Source: Bacteroidia bacterium (GTDB taxonomy: Bacteria > Bacteroidota > Bacteroidia > B-17B0 > Aurantibacillaceae). From it: a stretch of DNA of 64,000 bases. The translations under genes were made by a program, and so were the position numbers. This document shows positions 20,359 through 30,546 of this stretch, in pieces (the stretch's first letter is position 1; each line of letters begins with the position of its first letter). Under the pieces are notes generated by a model. It searched no databases. It was given only the letters and a program-made list of their open reading frames with translations, and was not told the DNA's origin. The stretch is taken from contig JBIJCO010000015.1 in assembly GCA_044344665.1 (NCBI GenBank), forward strand, positions 812 through 64,811. Direction: 5' to 3'.

Positions 20359-22458
20359 ATGAAAAATATCCAATATATAACAATTTCGGTTTTTATAACC
20401 GCCTACTGCGTAGCTCAAAATAAAATTAGTTATCCGGTTACTGATAAATCCAATCAAATAGATAATTATTTCGGCACTAATATTGAAGATACATATAGAT
20501 GGCTTGAAGATGATCGTTCAGAAAAAACCGAGAAATGGGTAAGCAACCAAAATGAAGTGACAGAAAATTATTTTAATAGTATACAAAACAGAAGTAAAAT
20601 AAAGAATCGTTTAACAGAATTGTGGAATTTTAATAAAGAGTCCGCACCTTTTAAAAAAGGTAATTATTTTTTTTGTTATAAAAATAACGGACTTCAAAAT
20701 CAAAATGTGTTGTACATTAAAAATAATTTGACTGAGGAAGGTGAAGTCTTGTTAGACCCTAATACACTGTCAAACGACGGAACAATTTCTTTAAGCACTA
20801 TTGCTTTTTCAAAAGATGCAACATTATTAGCCTATGGTTTGTCAAAAGCCGGTAGCGATTGGATAGAAATTCATTTTAAAAACGTAATTACAAAAGAAGA
20901 TTTACCCGACGTCATAAAATGGGTAAAGTTTAGCAGCATTAGCTGGAAAGGCAATGGTATATTTTACAGTAGATACGATGAACCGAAAGAACGCGTATTT
21001 GTCCAAAAAAATCAGTTTCATAAGGTTTATTTTCATCATTTGGGTTCCAATCAGGAAAGAGATAGTTTAGTTTTTAATGATTTATCTAATCCTGATTATA
21101 ATTTTAGTGCTAATGTCACAGATGATGAAAATTATCTGATTATTTCTGCGAGCGAAAGCACCAGTGGAAATAAACTAATGATTAAAGATTTGCGAAACCC
21201 CAATTCTGAATTTATAACCATTGCAAACAATTTTGACTTTGAAAATGATATTGTAGAAAATATTGGAAATACATTTTATATGTTAACCAATAATAATGCT
21301 CCAAAATATAAGTTAATCTCATTTATAATAAATGAACGAAACGATTTAAAGTGGAAAACAATTCTTCCTGAGTCAATTAATTTATTAGAAAGTGTTAGAT
21401 TTTGTAATCATAAAATTATAGCTACTTATTTAAATAATGCATGTTCCAAATTAAATTGTTATAATTTGAATGGGGCTTTAGAAAATGTGATTGAACTTCC
21501 GGGAGTTTGTAAAATAAATTCGTTTTCTAGTAATAATAATGATGACTTTGCCACTTATAGTATAGTTCAATATTCAGCACCAGAACAAACTTATTATTTG
21601 GATGCAAAAACATGGCAAAGTAAATTAATGTTTAAACCAAATTGTAATTTCGATTCACAAAATTACACTACAAAACAAGTTTTTTATAAAAGTAAAGATG
21701 GTACAAACATTTCGATGTTTATTACGCATAAAAAAAATTTAGTCATTAATTCAACTACACCTTGTTTTGTGTTTGGTTATGGTGGTTTTAATATTTCCAT
21801 GTCTCCTGAATTTAGAATAGACAGAGCTGTTTTTTTAGAAGCGGGAGGTATTTATTGTGTTCCTAATTTAAGGGGTGGAGGAGAGTATGGTGAGGAATGG
21901 CATAAAGCAGGAACCAAATGCAACAAACAAAATGTATTTGACGATTTTATTTCAGCCTGCGATTATTTGGTTAAGAATAAGTATACTTCTTATCAAAAAA
22001 TTGCAATTCATGGCAGAAGTAATGGGGGATTATTAATTGGAGCAGTGCTTACTCAGCGTCCAGATATTTGTAAGGTGGCTTTACCTACAGTTGGTGTTTT
22101 AGATATGCTAAGATTTCATTTGTTTACAATTGGCAGAGCATGGACGGTAGATTATGGATGCAGTGAAAACCAAAATGATTTTAATTGTTTAATAAAATAT
22201 TCTCCGTTACACAATATAAAATCAATAAATTATCCTGCTACTCTAATATTAACCGGCGACCATGATGATAGGGTAGTGCCTGCTCATTCATTTAAGTTTG
22301 CTGCAACTTTGCAGGAAAAAAATACAAGCACTTATCCTACGTTAATTAGAGTTGATGTAAACGCAGGGCATGGGGCAGGTAAACCAGTATCTAAACAAAT
22401 AAATGAATTTGGTGATATGTGGAGTTTTGTTTTTCAAAATTTAGAAATGAACTATTAA
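20359..22458 (+). CDS. Prolyl oligopeptidase (S9A family serine peptidase)
   Basis: DTYRWLED, NLRGGGEYGEEWH, GRSNGG nucleophile, GDHDDRV, AGHGAG catalytic triad motifs; N-terminal signal. Confidence 0.95.
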   Translation: MKNIQYITISVFITAYCVAQNKISYPVTDKSNQIDNYFGTNIEDTYRWLEDDRSEKTEKWVSNQNEVTENYFNSIQNRSKIKNRLTELWNFNKESAPFKKGNYFFCYKNNGLQNQNVLYIKNNLTEEGEVLLDPNTLSNDGTISLSTIAFSKDATLLAYGLSKAGSDWIEIHFKNVITKEDLPDVIKWVKFSSISWKGNGIFYSRYDEPKERVFVQKNQFHKVYFHHLGSNQERDSLVFNDLSNPDYNFSANVTDDENYLIISASESTSGNKLMIKDLRNPNSEFITIANNFDFENDIVENIGNTFYMLTNNNAPKYKLISFIINERNDLKWKTILPESINLLESVRFCNHKIIATYLNNACSKLNCYNLNGALENVIELPGVCKINSFSSNNNDDFATYSIVQYSAPEQTYYLDAKTWQSKLMFKPNCNFDSQNYTTKQVFYKSKDGTNISMFITHKKNLVINSTTPCFVFGYGGFNISMSPEFRIDRAVFLEAGGIYCVPNLRGGGEYGEEWHKAGTKCNKQNVFDDFISACDYLVKNKYTSYQKIAIHGRSNGGLLIGAVLTQRPDICKVALPTVGVLDMLRFHLFTIGRAWTVDYGCSENQNDFNCLIKYSPLHNIKSINYPATLILTGDHDDRVVPAHSFKFAATLQEKNTSTYPTLIRVDVNAGHGAGKPVSKQINEFGDMWSFVFQNLEMNY

Positions 22459-22480
22459 AATATAATTTAGGTAATTCTAT

Positions 22481-24475
22481 TTATTTAATAATTTCTCTTC
22501 CTAATAATTTATTGACTCTTATTTTTAAAGAGTCAAGGTGTTTTAGGTGCTCTAAAACAATTAACGATTCCTCAAATGAAATTGTTTTAAGGCTTTCTCG
22601 TAATTGTACTATTTGTGAGTTTAGTTTTCTGCTTTTAAAACTGTATAAAGTTTTTTCCGCATCTTTCTTTGCCATTTCAATTTCGCTCGGAACAATTACG
22701 CCGTAATTAATCCATTTCTGACTTAATTCATTTTTATTAATTACATGGTTTATGGCAAAGCTGTTTATTATAGGGTCAGGTGAATATAAAAAATGATTTA
22801 TGTTTGGTAATTTATTATCCTTTAACTGATCAATGTAATCGTCTAAAACAGTTTTATGTAAAGGATTTTCAAAATTGATGTTATCTCGCCACAATTCAAA
22901 AATTATAAATTCACCTAAGGTAATTTCAATTTCCTGTTCAACATTGTTTTCATCTTCGGCTTGAACAGTAATTAATAAATTCCCATACTTTATTAAGGTA
23001 ACAAGTAAATTTTTTTCCTCTGCATCAAAATTAAATAGTTCGGTTTCATGTTTTACAGTTGTAATTAATTCGGGTTCAGAGTTTGATATTGTTAATTCCT
23101 TAGTATTATCCTCCGGTTTAATATTACCTGCTTTTTTTTCAGCACTTTTTCTACGAATTTTATTTACTTCCTGTTGAAGAATGGACTCTTCAATTTCCAT
23201 AATATTAGAACATTCTTTAATGTAAATGCTTCTAATAATATTATCAGGTATTAAAGCAATGCTATCAACAATATCTTTAATAACACCAGCGCGTTTAATA
23301 GGATCGTTTTGGGTTTGAGAGCTTAATTTTTTTGCTTTAAAATATAAAAAGTCTTGTGTGTTGTTGTCGAGATAATTTTTAAACTCATCGGCACTTACTT
23401 TTCTGCTAAACGAATCCGGGTCATCATTGTCAGGAAACATTAACAGTTTTACATTCATCCCTTCTTCCAAAATTAATGGTATAGCACGGTTGCTTGCTTT
23501 TTGTCCGGCTTCATCGCCATCATACAAAACAATAATGTTTTTTGTAAACCGATGAATTGATTTTATTTGTTCTACAGTTAATGATGTTCCGCTTGATGCC
23601 ACCACATTTTCGATGCCAGCCTGATGCATGGCAATAACATCCATGTAGCCTTCAACCAAATAACAACAATCGTTTTGCTGAATGGATTTTTTACCCATCC
23701 ACAAACCGTACAAGATCTTGCTTTTGTTGTATATCTCTGTTTCTGGACTATTAATGTATTTTGCAGTTTTTTTGTCGTTGCTTAATGTTCTTCCCCCAAA
23801 TGCAACTACACGGCCACCGTCATCATGTATCGGAAACATAACCCTTCCGGCGTAGCGGTCAAACAAGTCTGACTGAGTAATTTCGGTACCTTCCACATGG
23901 CGGTTACTCAAAATACACATGCCTGTTTTCGCCAAATATTTTGGTTGATAACCATTTTTTATGGCTTCAGCTGTAAATGCGTTTTTTTCTTCTAAACTAT
24001 AACCAAGTTGAAATTTTGAAATAATATCAGGTCTTAATTGTCTCTCAATAAAATACCCCAAACCTATAGACTTGCCTTCATCGGTATTAAACATGGTTTC
24101 GGTAAAATAACGCTGGGCATATTGCATAACAATGAGCATACTTTCGCGCTCTGTTTGCAGTTCTTTTTCCTGAGGCGTTATTTCGCGCTCTAAAATCTCT
24201 ATGTTGTATTTTTTTGCAAGCCACTTTAATGCTTCGGGGTAAGTGAGTTGCAAATGATCCATTATAAAATTTACAGAATTCCCCGATTTTCCGCAGCCAA
24301 AACATTTATAAATACCTTTTACAGGCGATACCGTAAATGAAGGTGTTTTTTCGCCATGAAATGGACATAAACCAAGCAAATTAGCACCGCGTTTTTTTAA
24401 GGTGATAAATTCTCCCAAAACATCTTCTACATGTGAAGCTTCTACTATTTTATCAATCGTTTCTCTGGGTATCAC
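22481..24475 (-). CDS. dnaG: DNA primase
   Basis: CPFHGEKTPSF...CFGC zinc-binding domain, KYINSPET, VEGYMDV and YDGD Toprim motifs, DPDS. GTG start. Confidence 0.97.
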   Translation of the reverse strand: MIPRETIDKIVEASHVEDVLGEFITLKKRGANLLGLCPFHGEKTPSFTVSPVKGIYKCFGCGKSGNSVNFIMDHLQLTYPEALKWLAKKYNIEILEREITPQEKELQTERESMLIVMQYAQRYFTETMFNTDEGKSIGLGYFIERQLRPDIISKFQLGYSLEEKNAFTAEAIKNGYQPKYLAKTGMCILSNRHVEGTEITQSDLFDRYAGRVMFPIHDDGGRVVAFGGRTLSNDKKTAKYINSPETEIYNKSKILYGLWMGKKSIQQNDCCYLVEGYMDVIAMHQAGIENVVASSGTSLTVEQIKSIHRFTKNIIVLYDGDEAGQKASNRAIPLILEEGMNVKLLMFPDNDDPDSFSRKVSADEFKNYLDNNTQDFLYFKAKKLSSQTQNDPIKRAGVIKDIVDSIALIPDNIIRSIYIKECSNIMEIEESILQQEVNKIRRKSAEKKAGNIKPEDNTKELTISNSEPELITTVKHETELFNFDAEEKNLLVTLIKYGNLLITVQAEDENNVEQEIEITLGEFIIFELWRDNINFENPLHKTVLDDYIDQLKDNKLPNINHFLYSPDPIINSFAINHVINKNELSQKWINYGVIVPSEIEMAKKDAEKTLYSFKSRKLNSQIVQLRESLKTISFEESLIVLEHLKHLDSLKIRVNKLLGREIIK

Positions 24476-24483
24476 TTTAATGG

Positions 24484-24491
24484 TAAATTTG
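24484..24491 (+). promoter_or_regulatory. Candidate -7 box in the 43-bp divergent dnaG/hydrolase gap
   Basis: TAAATTTG, 27 nt upstream of the ATG at 24519. Confidence 0.45.
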
Positions 24492-24518
24492 AGCTAAATA
24501 AATATACAATTTAAACGG

Positions 24519-25853
24519 ATGATAAAATTACGATATTCTTTGCAATTTTTTTTGGCGCTGTTAACTAGCAACATCATGTTAGCGCAAGACGATGTTAATC
24601 CTTATAAAAAGTTATCCAAGTCATTTTTTGGTGCCGTAAAACGCGATATTCCAAACAGAAATGATAAATTTTTTGATTCTACAGTGTACGGAAAAATAAT
24701 CTCAGCACAAGCTGACCGTTCAATAAATAATTTTATAAAAACAAACGGCAAAATTGTTGCTATTGAAAAAACAGAGGTTGATACACAAGGGTGCAAAATG
24801 GTTACGGTTACCTCTATAAAAACAAATAATGGGAAATTTTTGTGGTATTTATATTTTGACCAAGCCCAGTATATAGAGCGTTTAGAAATAGATACGTTTT
24901 CTGACCAATGGTTTTATAAACCAAAAACAACGGTTACTTCTAATTACTCAAGAAAAGAAATAGTAGTCGAATCTAATCCTTTTATTAAATTGCCCGGCAG
25001 TTTGTTTTTACCTAATAATTTAAAAAAATCACCGGCTGTTATTTTGGTTCATGGCAGTGGACCTCATGATAGAAATCAAAGTATAGGAAAAAATAAAATT
25101 TTTTTAGACATTGCTTTAGATTTAGTTCAAAAAGGAATTGCCGTTTTAATTTATGATAAACGGACTTATGTTTATCAATTTAACAATCCTTTTTCAATGG
25201 ATAGTATGGACTACCAGACTGAAACAGTTGAGGATGCTGTAGCTGCTTTTAATTTTCTAAAAAAGCAAACAGGAGTTGATACCAATTCTATTTTTATTGC
25301 AGGGCATAGTCAAGGTGCATTATGCGCGCCACTAATTGCGAAGGGCTGTAAAAATTTAAAGGGTTTAATTTTGCTTGCAGCTCCTGCCAGAAGTTTGTTA
25401 GAAATTTTACCCGAACAGCTTGATTATATTGCAAGTTTGAAGAAAAACATATCGGAAACAGAAGAAGCAAACTTTAATGCTTTAAAATGGCAAGTTAAAA
25501 ATGCGTTAAAACCTGATTTAAATTTAAAAAGTAAAGTTAGTTTGCCATTTAATGCCAAACCAAAATATTGGTTGTTTGACAGAAATTACAAGGTGTTGGA
25601 TGAAGCCAAAAAATTAGGTATGCCTATGCTGTTATTGCAGGGTGGGAGAGATTATAATGTTGTGAAAAAAGATTACGATTTATGGCTATTGGCTATGTCT
25701 GATAAATCTAATTTTAAATCGGTTTTTTACGACGATTTAGATCATTTATTTTTCGAGGGTAAGGGGATGGCAAAGCCAGAAGATGTTTTAAAACCAAATC
25801 ATGTTTCTCCAAAAATAACAGAAAAAATAGCTGAATTTGTTCTGGGTAAATAA
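24519..25853 (+). CDS. Exported alpha/beta-hydrolase (esterase/peptidase-like)
   Basis: Signal peptide; LVHGSGPHDRN, YDKR, GHSQG nucleophile, QGGRDYNV, DLDHLF. Confidence 0.85.
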   Translation: MIKLRYSLQFFLALLTSNIMLAQDDVNPYKKLSKSFFGAVKRDIPNRNDKFFDSTVYGKIISAQADRSINNFIKTNGKIVAIEKTEVDTQGCKMVTVTSIKTNNGKFLWYLYFDQAQYIERLEIDTFSDQWFYKPKTTVTSNYSRKEIVVESNPFIKLPGSLFLPNNLKKSPAVILVHGSGPHDRNQSIGKNKIFLDIALDLVQKGIAVLIYDKRTYVYQFNNPFSMDSMDYQTETVEDAVAAFNFLKKQTGVDTNSIFIAGHSQGALCAPLIAKGCKNLKGLILLAAPARSLLEILPEQLDYIASLKKNISETEEANFNALKWQVKNALKPDLNLKSKVSLPFNAKPKYWLFDRNYKVLDEAKKLGMPMLLLQGGRDYNVVKKDYDLWLLAMSDKSNFKSVFYDDLDHLFFEGKGMAKPEDVLKPNHVSPKITEKIAEFVLGK

Positions 25854-25903
25854 AGTAGATTTCAAATTTTAAATACTAAACAAGAGTTTAAAAAAATGTT
25901 AGA

Positions 25904-26530
25904 TTAAACAATAGTTCTGAAAGTTAAATTAATTCTTGGTGTTATTTTTTTTGAAGTTTTTGGAATTTGATGTTCCCAATAATGTTGTGTTGTACCTTTC
26001 ATTAATAAGAACGAACCATTTGATAGTTTGATGTTTACTTTTTTAAGGTCTTTACGTTTTAAATGTCTTAGCTGAAATAATCTTGTTTCGCCAAAACTAA
26101 TAGAACCTATCACTGGATTTTGACCAAGTTCTTTTTCGTCATCAGAGTGCCAGCCCATGCTATCTGTTCCGTTTCTATAGTAATTTAATAACACACTCGA
26201 AAAATTAATCTGGGCTATTTTTGTAATTCTTGATTTTATAAAAAGTAAATCTTCTGTCCATGGTTTTGGCGTTAGTTTTATACCCGAGTAGGCATAAGGT
26301 TTGTTTTCTTCACCATAAAATGCGGTAAGCCTTGGTTGATTTAAAATTTTACCAAACATTTTTATAGTGTATTGTTGCCAATTAATTTTTTCGCTTAGGT
26401 TTTTAAATAATTTTTCGCATTCGGTTTTTGTGAAAAACTCATGAAATAAAACTATGTCAGCGTCAGGTAAATTAAATTTAGTTTTAGTTAGCTCTAGCGA
26501 AGAATCTGAATTTTCATGAAATAAATCCAT
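25904..26530 (-). CDS. alkB: Alpha-ketoglutarate-dependent dioxygenase AlkB (ALKBH2/3-like)
   Basis: QPRLTAFYG, YAYSG, LLNYYRNGTDSMGWHSDDE (HxD), HYWEHQIPK, RINLTFR. Confidence 0.92.
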   Translation of the reverse strand: MDLFHENSDSSLELTKTKFNLPDADIVLFHEFFTKTECEKLFKNLSEKINWQQYTIKMFGKILNQPRLTAFYGEENKPYAYSGIKLTPKPWTEDLLFIKSRITKIAQINFSSVLLNYYRNGTDSMGWHSDDEKELGQNPVIGSISFGETRLFQLRHLKRKDLKKVNIKLSNGSFLLMKGTTQHYWEHQIPKTSKKITPRINLTFRTIV

Positions 26531-26536
26531 TTTAAA

Positions 26537-27841
26537 TTAGGAATTAGGTTTGTTTTTTAGCCATAAGTTTCTGTATGCTTTATCACCATCATAGTCGTTG
26601 GCTTGTTTTTCTATATTAAAGACTCGGTTTTCTCTGGGGTCATTTCCCACACCTGCAATGTAAGCCCAGTTGCCCCAGTTACTGCAAGCGTCGTAATCTA
26701 TAAGTTGTTCTTCAAAGTAAGCGGCACCGTATCGCCAATCTAATTTCAAATTATGGCACAAATAACTTGCCACATTTTGTCGGCCTCTGTTACTCATGAA
26801 TCCTGTAAGTTTAAGTTCAATCATGTTTGCATTAATAAAATCGCTATCCGTTTCTCCGTTTTTCCATTTTTCAAATAAGTTAGAATTGTGAAGTTGTTTT
26901 TCTGTTTCTTTATTTTTAATGCCATTTAACATGAAGAATTTGTCAGGATATTTTTTCATCATAAATCTAAAATAATCTCTCCAGAGTAATTCAAATTCTA
27001 ACCAATAGGTAGATTCATTTGCCGAATACTGGGCTTCATATTTTTTTAATTCATAGTAAATTTCCCTTGGAGATAAGCATCCTAATGCTAACCAAGCTGA
27101 AAATTTTGTAGAGTAATTTTCTCCTATCATTCCATTTCGGGTTTGCTTATAGGTTGATATGGACTTGGTACCAAATAAATAAACGTTTAAACGTTTACAC
27201 CCCTCGGTTTCACCTCCAATAAAATTGATTGCTGCACGATTATCTGTTGTAATAATATCAAGGCCGAGCTTTTTTAAATCAGGTAAACAAATTTTTTCAA
27301 TTGATGGTGATTTTATGGTATTGGGTTTTAAGAATAATTTTCTTATTGATGATTCTTTTTCAATACGTTTTCTGAAATTGGTGAAAATATCAGGAATATC
27401 TTTTAAGGCAAATGGTAAATCTTGCGCGTGATACAAGGTACTGGTGCTATAAGACTCAAGTTCGCATTTAGCTTTCCAAAGTTCTTTTTCAACGAGCAGT
27501 TGAGTTTGCTTTTCTTCAAACGATACTTCTTTCTTGCAATAAACTTTTTGAACTTTATATTTTTGAGTTAATTTTAATAGCTCTTGTTCAGGCTTTCCTG
27601 TTACAATAATTAATCCTGAGCCAAGCTTTCTTAGGTTGTTATCTAAATCAGCTAATGATTCCAATAAAAATTTAGCTCTGAAGTTCCCGGTTTTGCGATG
27701 TCCGAATTCTGTTATTTTAAAATGAGCTTCATCAAAACAGTATACAGGAATAATTTCATCACATTGTTCAATTGCTCTTACCAGGGTTTCGTTATCATGC
27801 AAACGCAAATCTGTTTTAAACCATATTATGCCTCTAATCAT
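26537..27841 (-). CDS. DASH-family cryptochrome
   Basis: WFKTDLRLHDN, GGETEG, YKQTRNGM, STKFSAWLALGCLSPR, FELLWRDYF, GFMSNRGRQN, LIDYDACSNWGNW, GVGNDPR. Confidence 0.93.
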   Translation of the reverse strand: MIRGIIWFKTDLRLHDNETLVRAIEQCDEIIPVYCFDEAHFKITEFGHRKTGNFRAKFLLESLADLDNNLRKLGSGLIIVTGKPEQELLKLTQKYKVQKVYCKKEVSFEEKQTQLLVEKELWKAKCELESYSTSTLYHAQDLPFALKDIPDIFTNFRKRIEKESSIRKLFLKPNTIKSPSIEKICLPDLKKLGLDIITTDNRAAINFIGGETEGCKRLNVYLFGTKSISTYKQTRNGMIGENYSTKFSAWLALGCLSPREIYYELKKYEAQYSANESTYWLEFELLWRDYFRFMMKKYPDKFFMLNGIKNKETEKQLHNSNLFEKWKNGETDSDFINANMIELKLTGFMSNRGRQNVASYLCHNLKLDWRYGAAYFEEQLIDYDACSNWGNWAYIAGVGNDPRENRVFNIEKQANDYDGDKAYRNLWLKNKPNS

Positions 27842-29392
27842 TTACAGTTCGTTTAAATGATTTAAATAATAATTAGCTTGTTCTAAAATTTCTGCTTTTA
27901 CGTCAGGTTTCATTTTATTCCAAACATTGTACATCATACCTATCCGCGGATTATTTGCCAGTTTATTTTCGTGCCTATTATAAAAATTCCAATATAAACT
28001 ATTAAATGGACATGATTTAGGACCTGTTTTTTTTGTTTTGTCATAAAAACATCCGTTACAATAACTGCTCATTTTGTTGATGTAACTTGCTGAGCTAACA
28101 TATGGTTTTGTTCCAACAATCCCCCCATCGGCAAACTGGCTCATGCCTCTTGTATTAGTGATTTCAACCCATTCAATAGCGTCTATATAAATACCTAAAT
28201 ACCAAGCGTCTGTTTCATCTGGGTGAACTCCTGCCAATAAAGCAAAATTTCCTGTAATCATTAAACGTTGTATATGATGTGCATAAGCAAAGTTGAGCGA
28301 TTGATTAATTGCATTTTTCATACAATTCATTTTAGTTTTACCTGTCCAGAACCATTGTGGCAATAATTCGGTATGTTCAAAGTAATTTAGTTTACTGTAT
28401 TGTGGCATTTTTGACCAATAAATTCCGCGCATGTATTCACGCCAACCTATAATTTGTCTTACAAAACCTTCTAATTGGTGATAGGCAATTTTATCCGGAT
28501 TTTTTATATAAGCTTCTATGGCTTTGTTAACCACTTCCTGCGGAGAAATTAATTTTACATTAAGTGAAAATGATAAACGTGAGTGGTAAACAGACCACTC
28601 GTTTGGAGCCATGGCATCTTGGTAGGTGCCAAAAAGGTGTAAACAATGTTCTATAAAAAAATCAAGTAATTCTAAAGATTGAGTTCTGCTTATGGGCCAT
28701 AAAAAGTTTCTACTGTTTACAAAGCCAATTGTTTTTATGGTGGATTTTAATAGTTCATTTTCAATGTTGCAGACGTTATTGTTAAATATAAAAGGAAATA
28801 TAGGTTTATGGTCTTTGGGTAATTTTTTTCGGTTGTCTTCATCAAAATTCCATTTATCGTGTAAAGGTTTATTATCATTTGTAATTAAAACTTTATGTTT
28901 TTTACGCATGTGACGGTAAAATGTTTCCATCAGGTACATTTTTTTACCTTCAAATAAATCTTGTAACTCATGCCGAGTACTGTAAAAATGTTCTGTGTCA
29001 ATAGTATCAGAGGCTATTTTTAAAGTAGCTGTAAATTGTTTTAAATACTCGTCTACTCTATATTCGTCTGGTAATTGGTATTCAAATTTTGTGAATTTAT
29101 ATTGGTCAATTAATTGAGCGCAGTTTAAATCAAAACGCTGTAAATTAGTTTTATCATTTAAATAAATATAAATTACCTGATGTTTTTTTTCTTGAAGTTC
29201 TTTTGCGAAATTTTGCATACTGGCAAAAAAACCAATTACTTTTTGAATGTGGTGTTTAGCATAATCGGTTTCAGTGCGTACTTCCATCAAAACGTAGGTT
29301 ACACTATTGTCAACGACTTTAAACCATGAATGATTTATGTTGAGTTGATCTCCTAAAATTAACCGAAGCGTTTTTTGTTTATCGTCCTTCAT
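27842..29392 (-). CDS. FeS-BCP type photolyase/cryptochrome (PhrB/CryB-like, probable (6-4) photolyase)
   Basis: LILGDQL, HHIQK, HSRLSFSLN, RQIIGWREY, HHIQRLM, KPYVSSASYINKMS; four putative [4Fe-4S] Cys (KMNC and YCNGC...SCPF). Confidence 0.92.
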   Translation of the reverse strand: MKDDKQKTLRLILGDQLNINHSWFKVVDNSVTYVLMEVRTETDYAKHHIQKVIGFFASMQNFAKELQEKKHQVIYIYLNDKTNLQRFDLNCAQLIDQYKFTKFEYQLPDEYRVDEYLKQFTATLKIASDTIDTEHFYSTRHELQDLFEGKKMYLMETFYRHMRKKHKVLITNDNKPLHDKWNFDEDNRKKLPKDHKPIFPFIFNNNVCNIENELLKSTIKTIGFVNSRNFLWPISRTQSLELLDFFIEHCLHLFGTYQDAMAPNEWSVYHSRLSFSLNVKLISPQEVVNKAIEAYIKNPDKIAYHQLEGFVRQIIGWREYMRGIYWSKMPQYSKLNYFEHTELLPQWFWTGKTKMNCMKNAINQSLNFAYAHHIQRLMITGNFALLAGVHPDETDAWYLGIYIDAIEWVEITNTRGMSQFADGGIVGTKPYVSSASYINKMSSYCNGCFYDKTKKTGPKSCPFNSLYWNFYNRHENKLANNPRIGMMYNVWNKMKPDVKAEILEQANYYLNHLNEL

Positions 29393-29394
29393 TA

Positions 29395-29532
29395 TTATTT
29401 TTTGTTTCTACATCTATCACTACAATACTTAACTTCCGCCCAGTTTTTTTCCCATTTTTTTCGCCACGCAAAAGGTTTATTGCAAGAAATACAAATTTTT
29501 GATGGTAAATTTTGTTTTTTCACTCCTCTCAT
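29395..29532 (-). CDS. DUF2256 family small 4-Cys protein (not in ORF track)
   Basis: Manual translation: [45 protein letters not shown] (45 aa). Stop is 2 nt from the photolyase ATG. Confidence 0.9.
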   Translation of the reverse strand: MRGVKKQNLPSKICISCNKPFAWRKKWEKNWAEVKYCSDRCRNKK

Positions 29533-29610
29533 TAATTAAAAACAATTATAAGATTTAAAAGTTTAGTGGTTATTTTTTGAAATGATGCTATTTAAACAAA
29601 TAGTGTCAAA

Positions 29611-30546
29611 ATGTGTTTACAAAAAGGTTTGGAGAATAAAGTAAAAATTGTAGAAGTAAAAAATCTTGTAAAAAATTACGGCAGTTTCTGCGCTGTAAAA
29701 GATGTTAGCTTTGATGTATACGAAAACGATGTTTTTGGTTTTTTAGGGCCTAACGGAGCAGGAAAAAGTACAACTATTAGAACGATCTTGTCATTAATAA
29801 AACCTACAAGTGGTGCTATTAATTTGTTTGGGAAACCATTAAAGGATAATAGAAATTACATACTTTCCAAAGTTGGTTGTATTGTTGAAAAACCAGATTT
29901 TTATAAATATTTATCTGCTCAAAAAAATTTAGAGTTGTTTGCTCGTATTTCGGGTAATCCTATAAACAAATCAAAAATTAGTGAGTTGATTGAATTTGTT
30001 GGATTAAAAGGTAGAGAGAAAGACAAATTTAGTGGCTTTTCTCATGGTATGAAACAACGGTTGGGTATTGCTCAAACCCTTCTTCACAATCCGGATTTAA
30101 TTATTTTAGATGAACCTACAACGGGTTTAGATCCTCAAGGTATTATTGATATTAGAAATTTAATATTGCAATTAAAAAATGAAAAAAATAAAACTGTTAT
30201 CATTTCATCTCATATCTTATCAGAAATTGAACTTATAGCTAACAGAATGATAATAATTAATAATGGCAAAACTCTTGTTCAAGGAGGGGTATCAGAATTA
30301 TTAAATAGTCAAGAAATTATTGTTTCATTTAAATTAAACGTTATTGATAAAGCACTCTATTTATTAAAACAATCTCCTTTTGCAAATTGTGAAACAGCTG
30401 TAAACGATTCAATTCTTTCAATACATACCGATGCAGATTCTATTCCATTAATTAATAAACTATTTTGTGATAATGGTATTTATGTGAGTTCAATTGAAAC
30501 CAAAAGAAAATTAGAAGATTATTTTTTAAGATTAATTAATAACTAA
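29611..30546 (+). CDS. ABC transporter ATP-binding protein (CcmA/BcrA-like)
   Basis: GPNGAGKST, FSHGMKQRLG, LDEPTTGLD, ISSH. Start could instead be the TTG at 29629. Confidence 0.93.
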   Translation: MCLQKGLENKVKIVEVKNLVKNYGSFCAVKDVSFDVYENDVFGFLGPNGAGKSTTIRTILSLIKPTSGAINLFGKPLKDNRNYILSKVGCIVEKPDFYKYLSAQKNLELFARISGNPINKSKISELIEFVGLKGREKDKFSGFSHGMKQRLGIAQTLLHNPDLIILDEPTTGLDPQGIIDIRNLILQLKNEKNKTVIISSHILSEIELIANRMIIINNGKTLVQGGVSELLNSQEIIVSFKLNVIDKALYLLKQSPFANCETAVNDSILSIHTDADSIPLINKLFCDNGIYVSSIETKRKLEDYFLRLINN

